Shown piece by piece: positions 39,177-49,609 of a DNA stretch of 64,000 nt (its first letter is position 1; every line of letters begins with the position of its first letter). A program made the translations under genes and the position numbers. This DNA comes from an uncultured Desulfuromonadaceae bacterium (lineage in GTDB: Bacteria; SDB-A): positions 5,478 through 69,477 of the forward strand of contig CAYNIW010000008.1 of assembly GCA_964397545.1 (NCBI GenBank), in the 5' to 3' direction. The notes under the pieces are model-generated. The model had not been told where the DNA came from, did not search any database, and was given only the letters and a program-made list of their open reading frames with translations.

Positions 39177-39997
39177 GCATAGTAGAAGCCCTTAAAGATT
39201 ATCCGGAACCGATATCAGCAGTCATTTGGTTTTTTTTAGGAGCCTGCTTCGGATCTTTCGCGAACGTATGCATATACAGACTGCCTAGAAAAATATCTAT
39301 CGTCGGGCCTAGATCATTCTGTCCGGCATGCCGCAGTAAAATTCCTTTTTACCTCAATGTCCCTGTCCTTTCGTATATTCTGCTGAAAGGAAAATGCCGA
39401 TACTGCGGAGAAAAAATTTCTTTCCGATATCCTGTTGTTGAAACATCGGTGGGGTTTCTTTTTCTCCTGTCTTTCATTCTCTTCGGAAATACGGCAGACG
39501 CTTTGAGAATATCAGCTTTGTTCTTCATTCTTTTTACGGTTTCAGCGACCGACGCTGACAGGTTCATAGTTCCCGTAAACCTGACCTTTTCCGGAATCGT
39601 GTTCGGCATCGCCACGTCTTTTATGAACAATTCCTTCGTACATCCCGTTTCAAGCGCCGCCGGCGCGGCTATTGCGGCAGGTTCGGTTCTCCTGTTCGAC
39701 GATTTATTCTCGGTCTTTTTCAGTAAAAAAGGATTGGGTGACGGTGACGCGAGCGTCGCCGGACTAATCGGCGCCTTTGTCGGCTGGAAAGCTTCTCTTT
39801 TCTCTCTCTTTATGGGATCGTTCCTGGGTTTGATCTACGGCTTATCAATCATGATTTTGTCAAGGAAGAGAGAGGAAAAAGACTGGAGAGATCCGGAGCC
39901 GAAATGGAGAAAAATTCCCTTTGTCCCTTTCATCGCGGCAGGCTTCATTATATGGATTATTCTTTTCAGGCTTTTAAGAGGCGACTTTCCTTTTTAG
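39113..39997 (+). CDS. pilD: Type IV prepilin peptidase (A24 family)
   Basis: CPACRSKIPFYLNVPVLSYILLKGKCRYCGEKIS zinc-finger loop plus polytopic C-terminus. Start uncertain. Confidence 0.7.
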   Translation: MLRDCLSFSFGSNIRWKGILLSIVEALKDYPEPISAVIWFFLGACFGSFANVCIYRLPRKISIVGPRSFCPACRSKIPFYLNVPVLSYILLKGKCRYCGEKISFRYPVVETSVGFLFLLSFILFGNTADALRISALFFILFTVSATDADRFIVPVNLTFSGIVFGIATSFMNNSFVHPVSSAAGAAIAAGSVLLFDDLFSVFFSKKGLGDGDASVAGLIGAFVGWKASLFSLFMGSFLGLIYGLSIMILSRKREEKDWRDPEPKWRKIPFVPFIAAGFIIWIILFRLLRGDFPF

Positions 39998-42595
39998 TCA
40001 ATCCTCTGTTTCGAATGCTAATTGGCCGTTTTTCTCTTTTATCACCACTTTTTGACCGGGCATTATATCTCCGTTAATTATCTTTTCGGCTAATAAGTTT
40101 TCTACGTGCCTTTGAAGATATCTTTTTATCGGCCTGGCTCCATAAACAGGATCATAGGCTTCCGAAGCTATAAGTTTTCTCGCCTTTTCGCTTATCTCAA
40201 TGTAGTTTTTAGTTTCTTTTATCCTCTGTCTGATCCTTTCGAGCTGAAGATCAACTATCTTTTCCATATCTTCTATCGTCAACGGCAGAAAGACGACGAC
40301 TTCGTCAACCCTGTTTAAAAATTCCGGCTTGAAATGATTTCTCAGCGCCTCGAGGACATCATTTTTTCTCTCGTCAAAAAGATAGCCGTCTTTACCCATT
40401 CCCTCCACGAGAAGTGAACTTCCTATGTTAGAGGTCATAATTAGAATAGTGTTCTTAAAATCAACTGTTCTGCCTCTGTTGTCCGTGAGTCTCCCGTCGT
40501 CCATTATCTGTAAAAGAGCGTTGAAAACGTCCGGGTGGGCTTTTTCGATTTCGTCGAAAAGTATTACGCTGTATGGTTTCCTTCTGACAGATTCAGTCAG
40601 TTGCCCTCCCTCGTCATAACCGACGTAACCCGGAGGGGCTCCAATAAGCTTTGATACAGTGTGTTTTTCCATGAACTCCGACATGTCTATTCTTATCAGG
40701 TTGTCTTCCGTATCAAAAAGCAGTTCTGTCAGGGCTTTAGCGAGTTCTGTTTTTCCGACGCCTGTCGGACCGAGGAAAATGAAGTTGCCTATAGGTTTTG
40801 AAGGATCTTTCAAGCCTGCCCTTGCCCTCATGACGGCTTTTGACAGAATTGAGACCGCCTCGTTCTGCCCCACCACTCTTTCGTGCAGAAGCTGCTCGAG
40901 TTTCATCAGCTTTTCTCTTTCACCCTCAACAAGTTTGGACACAGGAATTCCTGTCCAGAGGGACACAACTCCCGCGATTTCTTCCTCTGTCACTTCTTCT
41001 CTAAGAAGCCTGTCGTCTCCCTTATCTGAAGCCGCCTCAAGCGAAGCCAATTCTTTCTCGATATTCAGAAGTTTTCCGTATCTCAATTCCGCGGCTCTGT
41101 TGAGGTCATATTCTCTCTCGGCTTTATCTGCTTCATTTCTGACTTTCTCAATTTCCTCCCTGACCTTTCCGATTCTCAGGATCTGCTCTTTTTCCTGCGA
41201 CCATTTCTTTTTCAGCTCGTCGAATTTAACCTTAAGAGAAGATATTTCAGAATCTATTGCCGACAGCCTCGCTTTACTGCCTTCGTCTTTTTCCTTTTTA
41301 AGCGCTTCTTTCTCTATCTCAAGTCTCGTTATTTTTCTGTTCAGGTCGTCTATTACCGCGGGCATGCTGTCAATTTCGGATCTGATTTTCGCGGCGGCTT
41401 CGTCTATCAGGTCGATGGCTTTGTCCGGTAAAAATCTGTCTGAAATATATCTGTGGCTCAAAACCGCGGCTGATACTATCGCGCTGTCGAGTATTTTTAT
41501 GCCGTGATGTATTTCAAATCTCTCTTTAAGCCCTCTGAGAATAGAAATTGTGTCTTCAACGGTTGGTTCATCCACGAGAACGGGCTGAAATCTTCTCTCG
41601 AAAGCCGCGTCTTTTTCAATGTGCTTTCTGTATTCATCGAGAGTGGTGGCGCCTATGCAGTGAATTTCGCCTCTGGCGAGCATAGGCTTGAGCATATTCC
41701 CTGCGTCAATCGAACCCTCTGCTTTACCAGCTCCCACGACAATGTGCAATTCGTCTATAAACATGAGAATTTTGCCGTCGGATTTCTGAACTTCATTGAG
41801 CACCGCTTTAAGCCTCTCTTCGAATTCCCCCCTGAATTTAGCTCCCGCGATAAGAGCTCCCATGTCAAGAGCAAACACCTTTTTGTCTTTCAAGCCCTCG
41901 GGGACATCCCCTCTTTCTATTCGCTGAGCCAGCCCTTCGACTATCGCGGTCTTTCCTACTCCGGGATCGCCTATTAGGACGGGATTGTTTTTTGTTCTCC
42001 TCAGGAGAATTCGAATGACCCTCCTTATTTCCTCGTCCCTGCCTATTACCGGATCCAGTTTATTTGATCTGGCCATTTCTACAAGTTCACGGCCGTATTT
42101 TTTCAGCGCGTCGTATGTCCCTTCGGGATCAGAAGTCGTCACTCTCTGACTGCCTCTCATTTCCATGAGAGTTTTAAGAAACTTTTCCCTGTCAATTCCG
42201 AATTCCCCGAGAATTTTTTTTGTCGCGGATTTTTTATCCGATATCATAGCGAGAAAAATATGCTCAACGCTCACGTATTCGTCATTCATGTTTTTCGCCT
42301 CTTCGAACGAATCGGCGAGTATCACGTTCAGATCGGCGCATATTCCCGGAGACAAAGATCCGCTTTGAGAAGTCACCTGAGGGTATTTTAGTATTTCTTT
42401 TTCAACTCTCTGCGCGATTTTTTCTGGTTCTGAGCCCATTCTTCTCATCAATTGTCCGATGAATCCGTTTTCCTGCTCAACCATAGCCAGAAGAAGATGC
42501 TCGGGTTGTATAACCTGATTCGATCTTCTTGAAGCTTCTATCTGAGCCGTGTGAAGCGCTTCCTGTGCTTTTGTTGTAAACCTATTAAAATCCAT
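39998..42595 (-). CDS. clpB: ATP-dependent chaperone ClpB
   Basis: Two AAA+ modules ([15 protein letters not shown]; [14 protein letters not shown]). Long middle coiled-coil. 865 aa. Confidence 0.95.
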   Translation of the reverse strand: MDFNRFTTKAQEALHTAQIEASRRSNQVIQPEHLLLAMVEQENGFIGQLMRRMGSEPEKIAQRVEKEILKYPQVTSQSGSLSPGICADLNVILADSFEEAKNMNDEYVSVEHIFLAMISDKKSATKKILGEFGIDREKFLKTLMEMRGSQRVTTSDPEGTYDALKKYGRELVEMARSNKLDPVIGRDEEIRRVIRILLRRTKNNPVLIGDPGVGKTAIVEGLAQRIERGDVPEGLKDKKVFALDMGALIAGAKFRGEFEERLKAVLNEVQKSDGKILMFIDELHIVVGAGKAEGSIDAGNMLKPMLARGEIHCIGATTLDEYRKHIEKDAAFERRFQPVLVDEPTVEDTISILRGLKERFEIHHGIKILDSAIVSAAVLSHRYISDRFLPDKAIDLIDEAAAKIRSEIDSMPAVIDDLNRKITRLEIEKEALKKEKDEGSKARLSAIDSEISSLKVKFDELKKKWSQEKEQILRIGKVREEIEKVRNEADKAEREYDLNRAAELRYGKLLNIEKELASLEAASDKGDDRLLREEVTEEEIAGVVSLWTGIPVSKLVEGEREKLMKLEQLLHERVVGQNEAVSILSKAVMRARAGLKDPSKPIGNFIFLGPTGVGKTELAKALTELLFDTEDNLIRIDMSEFMEKHTVSKLIGAPPGYVGYDEGGQLTESVRRKPYSVILFDEIEKAHPDVFNALLQIMDDGRLTDNRGRTVDFKNTILIMTSNIGSSLLVEGMGKDGYLFDERKNDVLEALRNHFKPEFLNRVDEVVVFLPLTIEDMEKIVDLQLERIRQRIKETKNYIEISEKARKLIASEAYDPVYGARPIKRYLQRHVENLLAEKIINGDIMPGQKVVIKEKNGQLAFETED

Positions 42596-42701
42596 GTTTT
42601 CCCCTTTTTATTATTAAAAATAAAGAAATTCGGCAATTACGCAAGCTCTATGGGGTCTAAATCCCTTGTCTTTAGAGTAATGTTGTCCTATATTTCGAGA
42701 T

Positions 42702-44051
42702 ATGCGAATTGAATTGTCAGGCATAACTTCATTTGCCGATAAGGATAAAACGGGACAGGCGGAAGCTATTGCCGCGTCTTACGCCAGATGCAGCAGGTCC
42801 CCTCTTTCGTTGTCAGAACTGCGGGTTAATGCCCTCTCCGATGTAAATAGCGCGAGAAAATCAAACGAAAGAATCGTCTTCGAAATGGGGCACAAATCCA
42901 TAGCAGAACACGTTTGTCTCAACTTCGACATTTCTGAAGTCTCAAGGCTCGCTGTTGAATTCATAGAACGCCACAGGCTCGCGTCTTTCACTGAAAGATC
43001 ACAGCGTTATCTGAATATAGACGACATCCCGGCCATTCCGAAAGAATTTAGGGCAATAGAAAACGGAAAAACATTCACTGAAATAGCCCGTCTTTCCAAA
43101 TCACTTTACAAAGAGCTGTCTGATAACCTCGAAAAAAAAAGCTCCTCAAAAGGAGATCCCTCAAAAGAAGATTCAAGATACGCCCTGACTTTGGCATTCC
43201 CTACTCAGCTTGGGATGACTATCAATGCCCGATCTCTTGAAAGAATGATAGTATCGCTGAAAAGCACGGGTCTTGAAGAGACAAAAGAGATATCTTTACT
43301 TCTTGAAAGTCTTGCTAAAAAACACATTCCTTCCCTCGTAAAATACACTGATGAGAAAAAAGCAGATTATACCGAACAGGACAACGATAAGCCTCCTCAA
43401 GCTTTATCGCCCGTCAATCTAATCTTTTTCACCAAAAACGCCGATTCTAAAATAGCCTCGGCTCTAATTTTTGAAAAAAGCGGCCGTTTTACCGATCCTC
43501 GCGATCTGAGCGAGGCTTTGATACGCAATACCATAAAAGATGCATTTAAGAAGTTAAGTGTCCATGACCCGCTCCCCAGGCCTTTTGAAATAGCTGATTT
43601 CACATTCCTTTTGAATCTCTCTTCCTGCGCTTTCGCTCAGTTGAAAAGGCACCGAATGATGACACTTATGAGTTCATTACCTGACCCCTCCCTTGGATTT
43701 GTGATGCCGGAATCAGTATTGACTGCCGGATTCGAAAGTAAATTCGAAGAGCTTTCGCGTATTTCCGAAGAAGCATATCGCACAGACGGCATGAAGACCT
43801 CTTCAGCATACCTTTTGACAGGAGCTTTCAGAAGAACTGTCCTGGTCAAAATGAATCTTCGCGAATTCTGCCACTTCACGAGGCTTAGAATGGACTCCCA
43901 CTCGCAGTGGGAGATAAGACTATTGGCAAAACAGATGAAACATCTCGTCTCCGAAAAAGCTGCTGTCTCGTCTTTTCTTTGCTGCGGAAAAGATGAATTT
44001 GAAAGCACGGTGTCTTTTATAAAAAAAAATGATAAAACAAACCAAGAATAG
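42702..44051 (+). CDS. thyX: Flavin-dependent thymidylate synthase ThyX, unusually long (449 aa) with a degenerate second repeat
   Basis: HKSIAEHVCLNFDISEVSRLAVEFIERHRLASFTERSQRY (ThyX RHRx7S motif). A second RHR (LKRHRMMTLMSS) lies in the C-terminal half. Confidence 0.75.
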   Translation: MRIELSGITSFADKDKTGQAEAIAASYARCSRSPLSLSELRVNALSDVNSARKSNERIVFEMGHKSIAEHVCLNFDISEVSRLAVEFIERHRLASFTERSQRYLNIDDIPAIPKEFRAIENGKTFTEIARLSKSLYKELSDNLEKKSSSKGDPSKEDSRYALTLAFPTQLGMTINARSLERMIVSLKSTGLEETKEISLLLESLAKKHIPSLVKYTDEKKADYTEQDNDKPPQALSPVNLIFFTKNADSKIASALIFEKSGRFTDPRDLSEALIRNTIKDAFKKLSVHDPLPRPFEIADFTFLLNLSSCAFAQLKRHRMMTLMSSLPDPSLGFVMPESVLTAGFESKFEELSRISEEAYRTDGMKTSSAYLLTGAFRRTVLVKMNLREFCHFTRLRMDSHSQWEIRLLAKQMKHLVSEKAAVSSFLCCGKDEFESTVSFIKKNDKTNQE

Positions 44052-44063
44052 CTTTCAGGATCG

Positions 44064-47000
44064 GTGGTTTTGAATAATTTCAGCGACTTTTTTTATGAAA
44101 TGCTCCGTAAAAAGCTTCCCTTTTGCGGAAGAGACGTGGAGATGTCAATCCTTTCGGAGATTCTCGGCGAAGTGATTTCAGGAGAAGGCTTTTTTTTTAT
44201 AATTACCGGTGAGGACGGCGCTGGAAAATCCCGTTTTATCGAGGAATTCAGGAAGTGTATACAGTCTCCACCCTTCATATCCCTTCACGGAAAGTCGACT
44301 GAAAACAGCTCATTCATGCATATTTTTTCAGCTCTTCTGAATTCGTTTTTTGAGCTTCACAGGGGAAAACCCAAACTTTTGACCTCGCTCGTGCCTTCTA
44401 AAGAAGCACAAGTTCTTTCTTATTTCTGCCCTGTAATAGCGGAAAACTATCCCTATCTCATACCGAAAATACATTCCGTGGACAAATCGGCTGTTTTCGA
44501 ATCTTTTTACAGAACATTTAAGAAGATCTCAACTTTATGGCCTCTTGTAATAACTCTTGACGACGCTGATTTTCTCGATTCGGGATCTATGGATTTTCTA
44601 CGCAATTTAACCGAAGGCATATCAGATCTTCCAATACTTTTGATCGTCAGCGCCACTAATCCAGAATCCCTTCCTCCCGCCTCTTCTTCTTCTTATAGAT
44701 TCGAATTGAAAAACATGGACATCGCCTCCATAGAGAAATCACTCAACTCATTCTTCGAAACTGCTATTAACAGAGAATTTTTGGAATGGGTTTTTGCGCA
44801 GACAAGAGGCGTCCCTTATTTTGTTGACGAGATAATAAAGTCGCTTATAAAATCAAATGTTATTTTCAGAAAAGACGGTTCATGGGTGCTGGATGATCTG
44901 TATGAAGATTATAAACTCCCTGAAAATGTCGCTTCCTATTTCAGAGATAAATTAGAAAAATTGCCCTTCGGCGAGTTTTCCCTTTTGGCATCTGTTTCGG
45001 TTTTCGGAAGACCTTTTTCGGAAAAAGCGGCTCAATTCATGTCAAGCGTAAATAAGCCAAATCCGTTAAAATCCTTGACATCTCTGGAAAAGAAAGCTCT
45101 TTTGAGCAGAGACAAAAAAGATTTTTATGATTTTTCCAGTCCTCTTATAAGAAAAGCGCTGTTGGACATAATTGACCAAAACGAGAAAAAATCTTTTCAC
45201 AGAAAAGCCGCGGTTTTTTTCTCTTCAGGAGAATGCAAAGATACGCTTATGGAAACTCACCACCTCACCCGTTTTCTATCGCCTGACGAATACAACCTTG
45301 ATCTCGTAAAAAAAATCGAAGATTCTGTTTATGAGTTAAAAAGAAATCATAACTGGAAAAAAGCCGCTGAATACATGAGCATTCTTCAGAAAATCATGGA
45401 AACGCTCGAAGAATTCACAGAAAAAGACATCTTAAAGATAAAATTTAAGCAAGTAATGGCTTACATCAACCTCAAGTCGGCGAAATTTGATGAAAAACTC
45501 TATCTCGACCTCATGAAAGAGCTCTTTTCCTGCGGCCTTCTCCATGAATGGGCAGTCCTGTCAAACTTCATCTCACGTAATTATCTTGACATGTTTGAAT
45601 TTAAAAAAGCCGAAAAACTCATGGAAAAAACCCTCTCTCTGATACCGGAAAACCTTCCCGAAGAGAGATGGAAAGTCAAATACAACAAATGCGTTCTCCT
45701 CGTCAAACAAGGGCGTTATTCAAAAGCAGTCACTCTGTGTAAAGACCTGATAGAAGAAATCGACCCAAAAATTTCTCCTCATGGAAAATGGTTCCCGCTG
45801 AACCTTCTCGGTTCAATATATTTTTTAACAGGGAAACTCAAAAAAGCCCGAGAAATTTTCGAAAAATCTCTCGAGACCGGGGATACAAACTGCGAAGCTG
45901 TATCTCTCGGTAATTTAGGCCTCGTTTTGAGGGAATTAGGGGAGATCAGCCTTTCAGAAAAGCATATTCTTAAAAGCTTCGAGCTTCTTCACTCTACGGG
46001 ATATTCCCTTAAGATAGCAAAGACTCACGATTTCCTCGCCAGTCAAGCGCTTTTAAGACAAAACATTTCCCTTGCCAAATCACACTGCGCTTCTTGCCGG
46101 CAAATCGCGGAAAAAAAGGGGCACCGGGACCTTGTTCTGGAATCTCAGCTAAAAATTTGCCGGATTTATATTGAAGAAGGCGAATTCGAAAAAGCAGAAA
46201 AAGAATTTGGCCTTATTCCGTTAAATCATATAGAAGACCTCGATGTCACGATTAAAATCGAAACGGATTTTATTAACTCTTATTTAGAACAGCGGAATAA
46301 ACGCTACGACAGCGCTATTTTATCTATCCAGCAAGCCATTGACAAAAGCCGCGGCAGCAAGTTAAAGATACACGAGGCTGTTGCCATTGCAAGAAAAGCC
46401 GCTGTTTTATCGCTTCAGAACAAAACGCGAAAAGCGGAAACTGAATTTTCCTCGGCTGAAAAAATATTATCCAAATGCGGAGCGCTCTTTTCTCTGGCAA
46501 GGCAGAAATCCGAATTCGCTCTCTGCCTGAATGGAACAAAACAAAAAACATTGCTGAATGCCTCTTTCGACATATTTGAAAAAATCGGTTTACCTCAGCA
46601 GAAAACTTATTTCGCCCGAAAAGCAGGCTTCAAGGAAAAAGGGGATACACCCCCTAATTTGCCTTCCGAAGCCAAAGAGAAGAAACTGAAAATAATGACT
46701 TTCGGCGGTTTAACCCTGGAAGACATAAGGCTTAAGAAAATCTTTTCTGAAAAAGAATGGGGGTCAAAAAAATCAAAAGAACTTCTTGCCCTTCTTATAA
46801 TCTGTTCCGGGCAAAAAGGGGAAACCAGAGAAAAGCTTGAAAGCCATCTATGGCCTGACAAAGGACCGAAAGAAGCTCAGAACAATTTTCACGTCAACTT
46901 AACTTATCTGAGAAAGGTCGTCGGCACAGACGCGATATTGTGCGATGACCCTTTTTACAGAATAAACACAGATATAATCGAAGTAGATTGCTACAGTTTT

Positions 47001-47426
47001 AACAGAATTTACAATTTTTTTGAAAAAGAAAAATCAGGAGCCAAACTTCACGTCGCGGAAAAATACGCGAGGGATCTTGTCCTTATATACAAAGGAGATT
47101 TTCTTCCTGAAATGTATTCTCTTGCAATAGACGACGAACAGCTTTTCTACAGGGAAAAAATCAAAGAAGTTCTCATGTGGCTGGCGGAAGTCGCGATAGA
47201 GAGAAACGACACCCGTGAATTGAGAGATTTTTCACATTTTCTCCTGTCAGTTGATCCCTTCGACGAAAGAGCACACAGATTTTTGATAGAGTCATATATA
47301 ATTTCAGGAGACAGAAACAGCGCAATAATCCAATTTAACAAACTTAGCCGCCTACTCGAAACTGAATTAGGTGTATTACCCGAAAAAAAAACCGCCGATC
47401 TCATTAGAGAAATTGAAGAGTCCTGA
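44064..47426 (+). CDS. STAND-type AAA_16 ATPase - TPR - C-terminal SARP (OmpR-type winged helix + BTAD) regulator
   Basis: P-loop ITGEDGAGKSRFIEEF. Central TPR-like repeats. C-terminal LKIMTFGGLTLED...SKKSKELLALLII...LWPD...AQNNFHVNLTYLRKVV (trans_reg_C-like) followed by BTAD-like helices. Confidence 0.6.
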   Translation: MVLNNFSDFFYEMLRKKLPFCGRDVEMSILSEILGEVISGEGFFFIITGEDGAGKSRFIEEFRKCIQSPPFISLHGKSTENSSFMHIFSALLNSFFELHRGKPKLLTSLVPSKEAQVLSYFCPVIAENYPYLIPKIHSVDKSAVFESFYRTFKKISTLWPLVITLDDADFLDSGSMDFLRNLTEGISDLPILLIVSATNPESLPPASSSSYRFELKNMDIASIEKSLNSFFETAINREFLEWVFAQTRGVPYFVDEIIKSLIKSNVIFRKDGSWVLDDLYEDYKLPENVASYFRDKLEKLPFGEFSLLASVSVFGRPFSEKAAQFMSSVNKPNPLKSLTSLEKKALLSRDKKDFYDFSSPLIRKALLDIIDQNEKKSFHRKAAVFFSSGECKDTLMETHHLTRFLSPDEYNLDLVKKIEDSVYELKRNHNWKKAAEYMSILQKIMETLEEFTEKDILKIKFKQVMAYINLKSAKFDEKLYLDLMKELFSCGLLHEWAVLSNFISRNYLDMFEFKKAEKLMEKTLSLIPENLPEERWKVKYNKCVLLVKQGRYSKAVTLCKDLIEEIDPKISPHGKWFPLNLLGSIYFLTGKLKKAREIFEKSLETGDTNCEAVSLGNLGLVLRELGEISLSEKHILKSFELLHSTGYSLKIAKTHDFLASQALLRQNISLAKSHCASCRQIAEKKGHRDLVLESQLKICRIYIEEGEFEKAEKEFGLIPLNHIEDLDVTIKIETDFINSYLEQRNKRYDSAILSIQQAIDKSRGSKLKIHEAVAIARKAAVLSLQNKTRKAETEFSSAEKILSKCGALFSLARQKSEFALCLNGTKQKTLLNASFDIFEKIGLPQQKTYFARKAGFKEKGDTPPNLPSEAKEKKLKIMTFGGLTLEDIRLKKIFSEKEWGSKKSKELLALLIICSGQKGETREKLESHLWPDKGPKEAQNNFHVNLTYLRKVVGTDAILCDDPFYRINTDIIEVDCYSFNRIYNFFEKEKSGAKLHVAEKYARDLVLIYKGDFLPEMYSLAIDDEQLFYREKIKEVLMWLAEVAIERNDTRELRDFSHFLLSVDPFDERAHRFLIESYIISGDRNSAIIQFNKLSRLLETELGVLPEKKTADLIREIEES

Positions 47427-47470
47427 TTCTTAATTCTTTTTTAATACCTCTCGTATAATATTACTCCGAA

Positions 47471-47674
47471 ATGAAAAACGAGATGTATATCTGCCCTTTC
47501 TGCAGCTATCTCGGAAGGCAAGAGGAAAAAATATGCCCTCACTGCGGTTTAAGTTTAATATCACGCTGTCCGCACTGCGGCGCCCACATCAGATCTCCGT
47601 TTGCCAAATTTTGCCATATATGCGGTAAACTTATTTGGGATAAAAATAACATTTACAAAAAGGGGGAGAAGTGA
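47471..47674 (+). CDS. Double zinc-ribbon small protein
   Basis: CPFC...CPHCG...CPHCG...CHICG gives four CxxC pairs in 67 aa. Overlaps the next gene start by 4 nt. Confidence 0.5.
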   Translation: MKNEMYICPFCSYLGRQEEKICPHCGLSLISRCPHCGAHIRSPFAKFCHICGKLIWDKNNIYKKGEK

Positions 47675-49527
47675 AAAAACTCTTTTCTTTTTGTCTTATA
47701 TCAGCCGCCCTGAATCATATCTCTCTTTTTTCGGCTGTCTATTATGTCAACGATCCACAGGGATTTCAAAACGCGCTCAACCTCTCCTCATCAAACGGTC
47801 AATTCGACACAATATACGCAGCTGCCGGCGATTACAACCTCTCTTCGGGTCTTTCTTATAATTCAGCTGAAACATTCGGCCTCCTGTTGACTGGAGCAGG
47901 ATCCTCCTCCTCCCGGATTATCGGGAACGGAACTTTTAGCCTGCTCAGAATAATGTCCTTCGCGTCAGTTCAGGACATCACAGTCAACGGATTAGGTTTT
48001 TCGGCGGGCAACAGCAATTCATACGGCGGAGGATTGTTCATTGAGACTTCCGCGAGTAGAATCTTTGTCAACGCCTGTTCTTTTTCTTCCTGCTTCGCGC
48101 AGGAAATTGGTGGAGGAGCCGCTTTGATTACCAACTCGGGAGATATAACTGTTACCACCTGCTCTTTTTCGGGAAATACAAGCAGCAACGACGGCGGCGG
48201 ACTCAACGCAGGTTCGGCTTCCGGATCAATATACCTCTCTGGCTGCACGTTCTACAACAATACTGCAAACGGCGACGATGCGGGAGGGGCTCTTTTGTAT
48301 TGCGAAAACGGCTCCGCTTACGCAGTCGGCAATTCTTTCACCCAAAATCACGCCCAGGACGGCGGGGGAGGGCTTTTTACATATTTCCTCGGAAACACCT
48401 GCGGTCTTTTAGCAAGAGACAATATTTTTTCTGCAAACACAGCCGTCCTCGATGGAGCCGGTTTTTTTGTCAGAGTAAACGACAGCGGCTCGGTCAGTAT
48501 AACATCAAATACATTTAACGGGAACGAAACGGTGAACTGGAACGGAGGGGGCATTTCTCTTCATTTGAATTCCGGCACTCTCGAATTCAGGGACAATGAT
48601 TTTCAATCAAATTACAGCGGCGAGGACGGCGGAGGAGCATGGATATGGATGGGAACAGGTTCTGCTTCAATAAACAGCAATGCATTTTTTAACAACGGGG
48701 CAAGAGCTAACGGCGGAGGCATGTCTTTTAACGGAGACAACGCTTTCGCTGTCCTGAACAAAAACATCTTCTTCAGGGATTCATCGGGAAACATCGGAGG
48801 AGGACTTTCTCTGACGAACGGCATCGGAATCATGTCTCTCGACCGTACCACTTTTTTCGCCAACAGAGCTTCCGAAGGCGGCGGGCTTTATTATTATTCA
48901 GATCAAAATTCTTCTTTTTTCACGGGCAAAAACCTCATCTCCTGGAGCGATATGCCCCATTTCTTTTCTTACTCCGCGCCATACGGGATAGTCTTGACCT
49001 ATTCCAACATTCAAAACGGCCAAGGCAGCCCGTGGTTCGGAAACGGATGCATAGAACTTTATCCCATTTTTGCGGACACTTCGCAGGCAGACTTGAGAAT
49101 TACATGGGTGAATTTTCCCTTAGATGACAGCACCAAATCGCCCTGCATTGACGCCGGGGATCCTTCATCCACTCTCGATCCTGACGGGACAAGAGCCGAT
49201 CAAGGCGCTCTCTATTTCAACCAACTGACCTTTGTCGAAGAAAACCCTTCGGTGAGCTCCGAACTCTTCAGAGAATCAATCATATACGATCCGATCAAAG
49301 ATATTGCAGAGATTCGTTTTTTTTCGGCCGCATCAGGAAAAGCGGAAATATTCTTACTTGACGCGTCGGGTAGAAAGTTAAAATCAGTCTTTAACGGTTT
49401 TATATCTCCCGGAGAACAATTCTTTCTTTTTAACCTGAGAGGTTTTAGCTCTGGGGTCTATTTCATTGCCGTGGGATTTAACGAAACGTTCCGCTTTTAC
49501 AAACTCCAGAAAATCAGCCCCATTTAA
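47671..49527 (+). CDS. Secreted parallel beta-helix protein with Chlamydia-Pmp-type GGA(I/L/V)/FxxN repeats and a T9SS-type C-terminal sorting domain
   Basis: Signal peptide. About 10 GGG(L/A/I) plus FxxN repeats (FSGN, FYNN, FTQN, FSAN, FNGN, FQSN, FFNN, FFAN). C-terminal AEIFLLDASGRKLKSVFNG...SSGVYFIAVGF...KLQKI resembles T9SS CTD type A. Confidence 0.6.
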   Translation: MKKLFSFCLISAALNHISLFSAVYYVNDPQGFQNALNLSSSNGQFDTIYAAAGDYNLSSGLSYNSAETFGLLLTGAGSSSSRIIGNGTFSLLRIMSFASVQDITVNGLGFSAGNSNSYGGGLFIETSASRIFVNACSFSSCFAQEIGGGAALITNSGDITVTTCSFSGNTSSNDGGGLNAGSASGSIYLSGCTFYNNTANGDDAGGALLYCENGSAYAVGNSFTQNHAQDGGGGLFTYFLGNTCGLLARDNIFSANTAVLDGAGFFVRVNDSGSVSITSNTFNGNETVNWNGGGISLHLNSGTLEFRDNDFQSNYSGEDGGGAWIWMGTGSASINSNAFFNNGARANGGGMSFNGDNAFAVLNKNIFFRDSSGNIGGGLSLTNGIGIMSLDRTTFFANRASEGGGLYYYSDQNSSFFTGKNLISWSDMPHFFSYSAPYGIVLTYSNIQNGQGSPWFGNGCIELYPIFADTSQADLRITWVNFPLDDSTKSPCIDAGDPSSTLDPDGTRADQGALYFNQLTFVEENPSVSSELFRESIIYDPIKDIAEIRFFSAASGKAEIFLLDASGRKLKSVFNGFISPGEQFFLFNLRGFSSGVYFIAVGFNETFRFYKLQKISPI

Positions 49528-49609
49528 TTTTCAAAATAAATTTTCTCCAAGTCGAGTTTCGTTTTAACCCAAAATACTTGTATAATGACCTATTACGGGA
49601 AAGGGGAAT

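Noticed and set aside
40659-41977. Long ORFs antisense to clpB (282 aa and 157 aa, Ser-rich, low complexity)
   Set aside because: They lie entirely inside the well-supported clpB CDS on the opposite strand, which is typical antisense read-through of a GC-skewed gene. No RBS and no domain.
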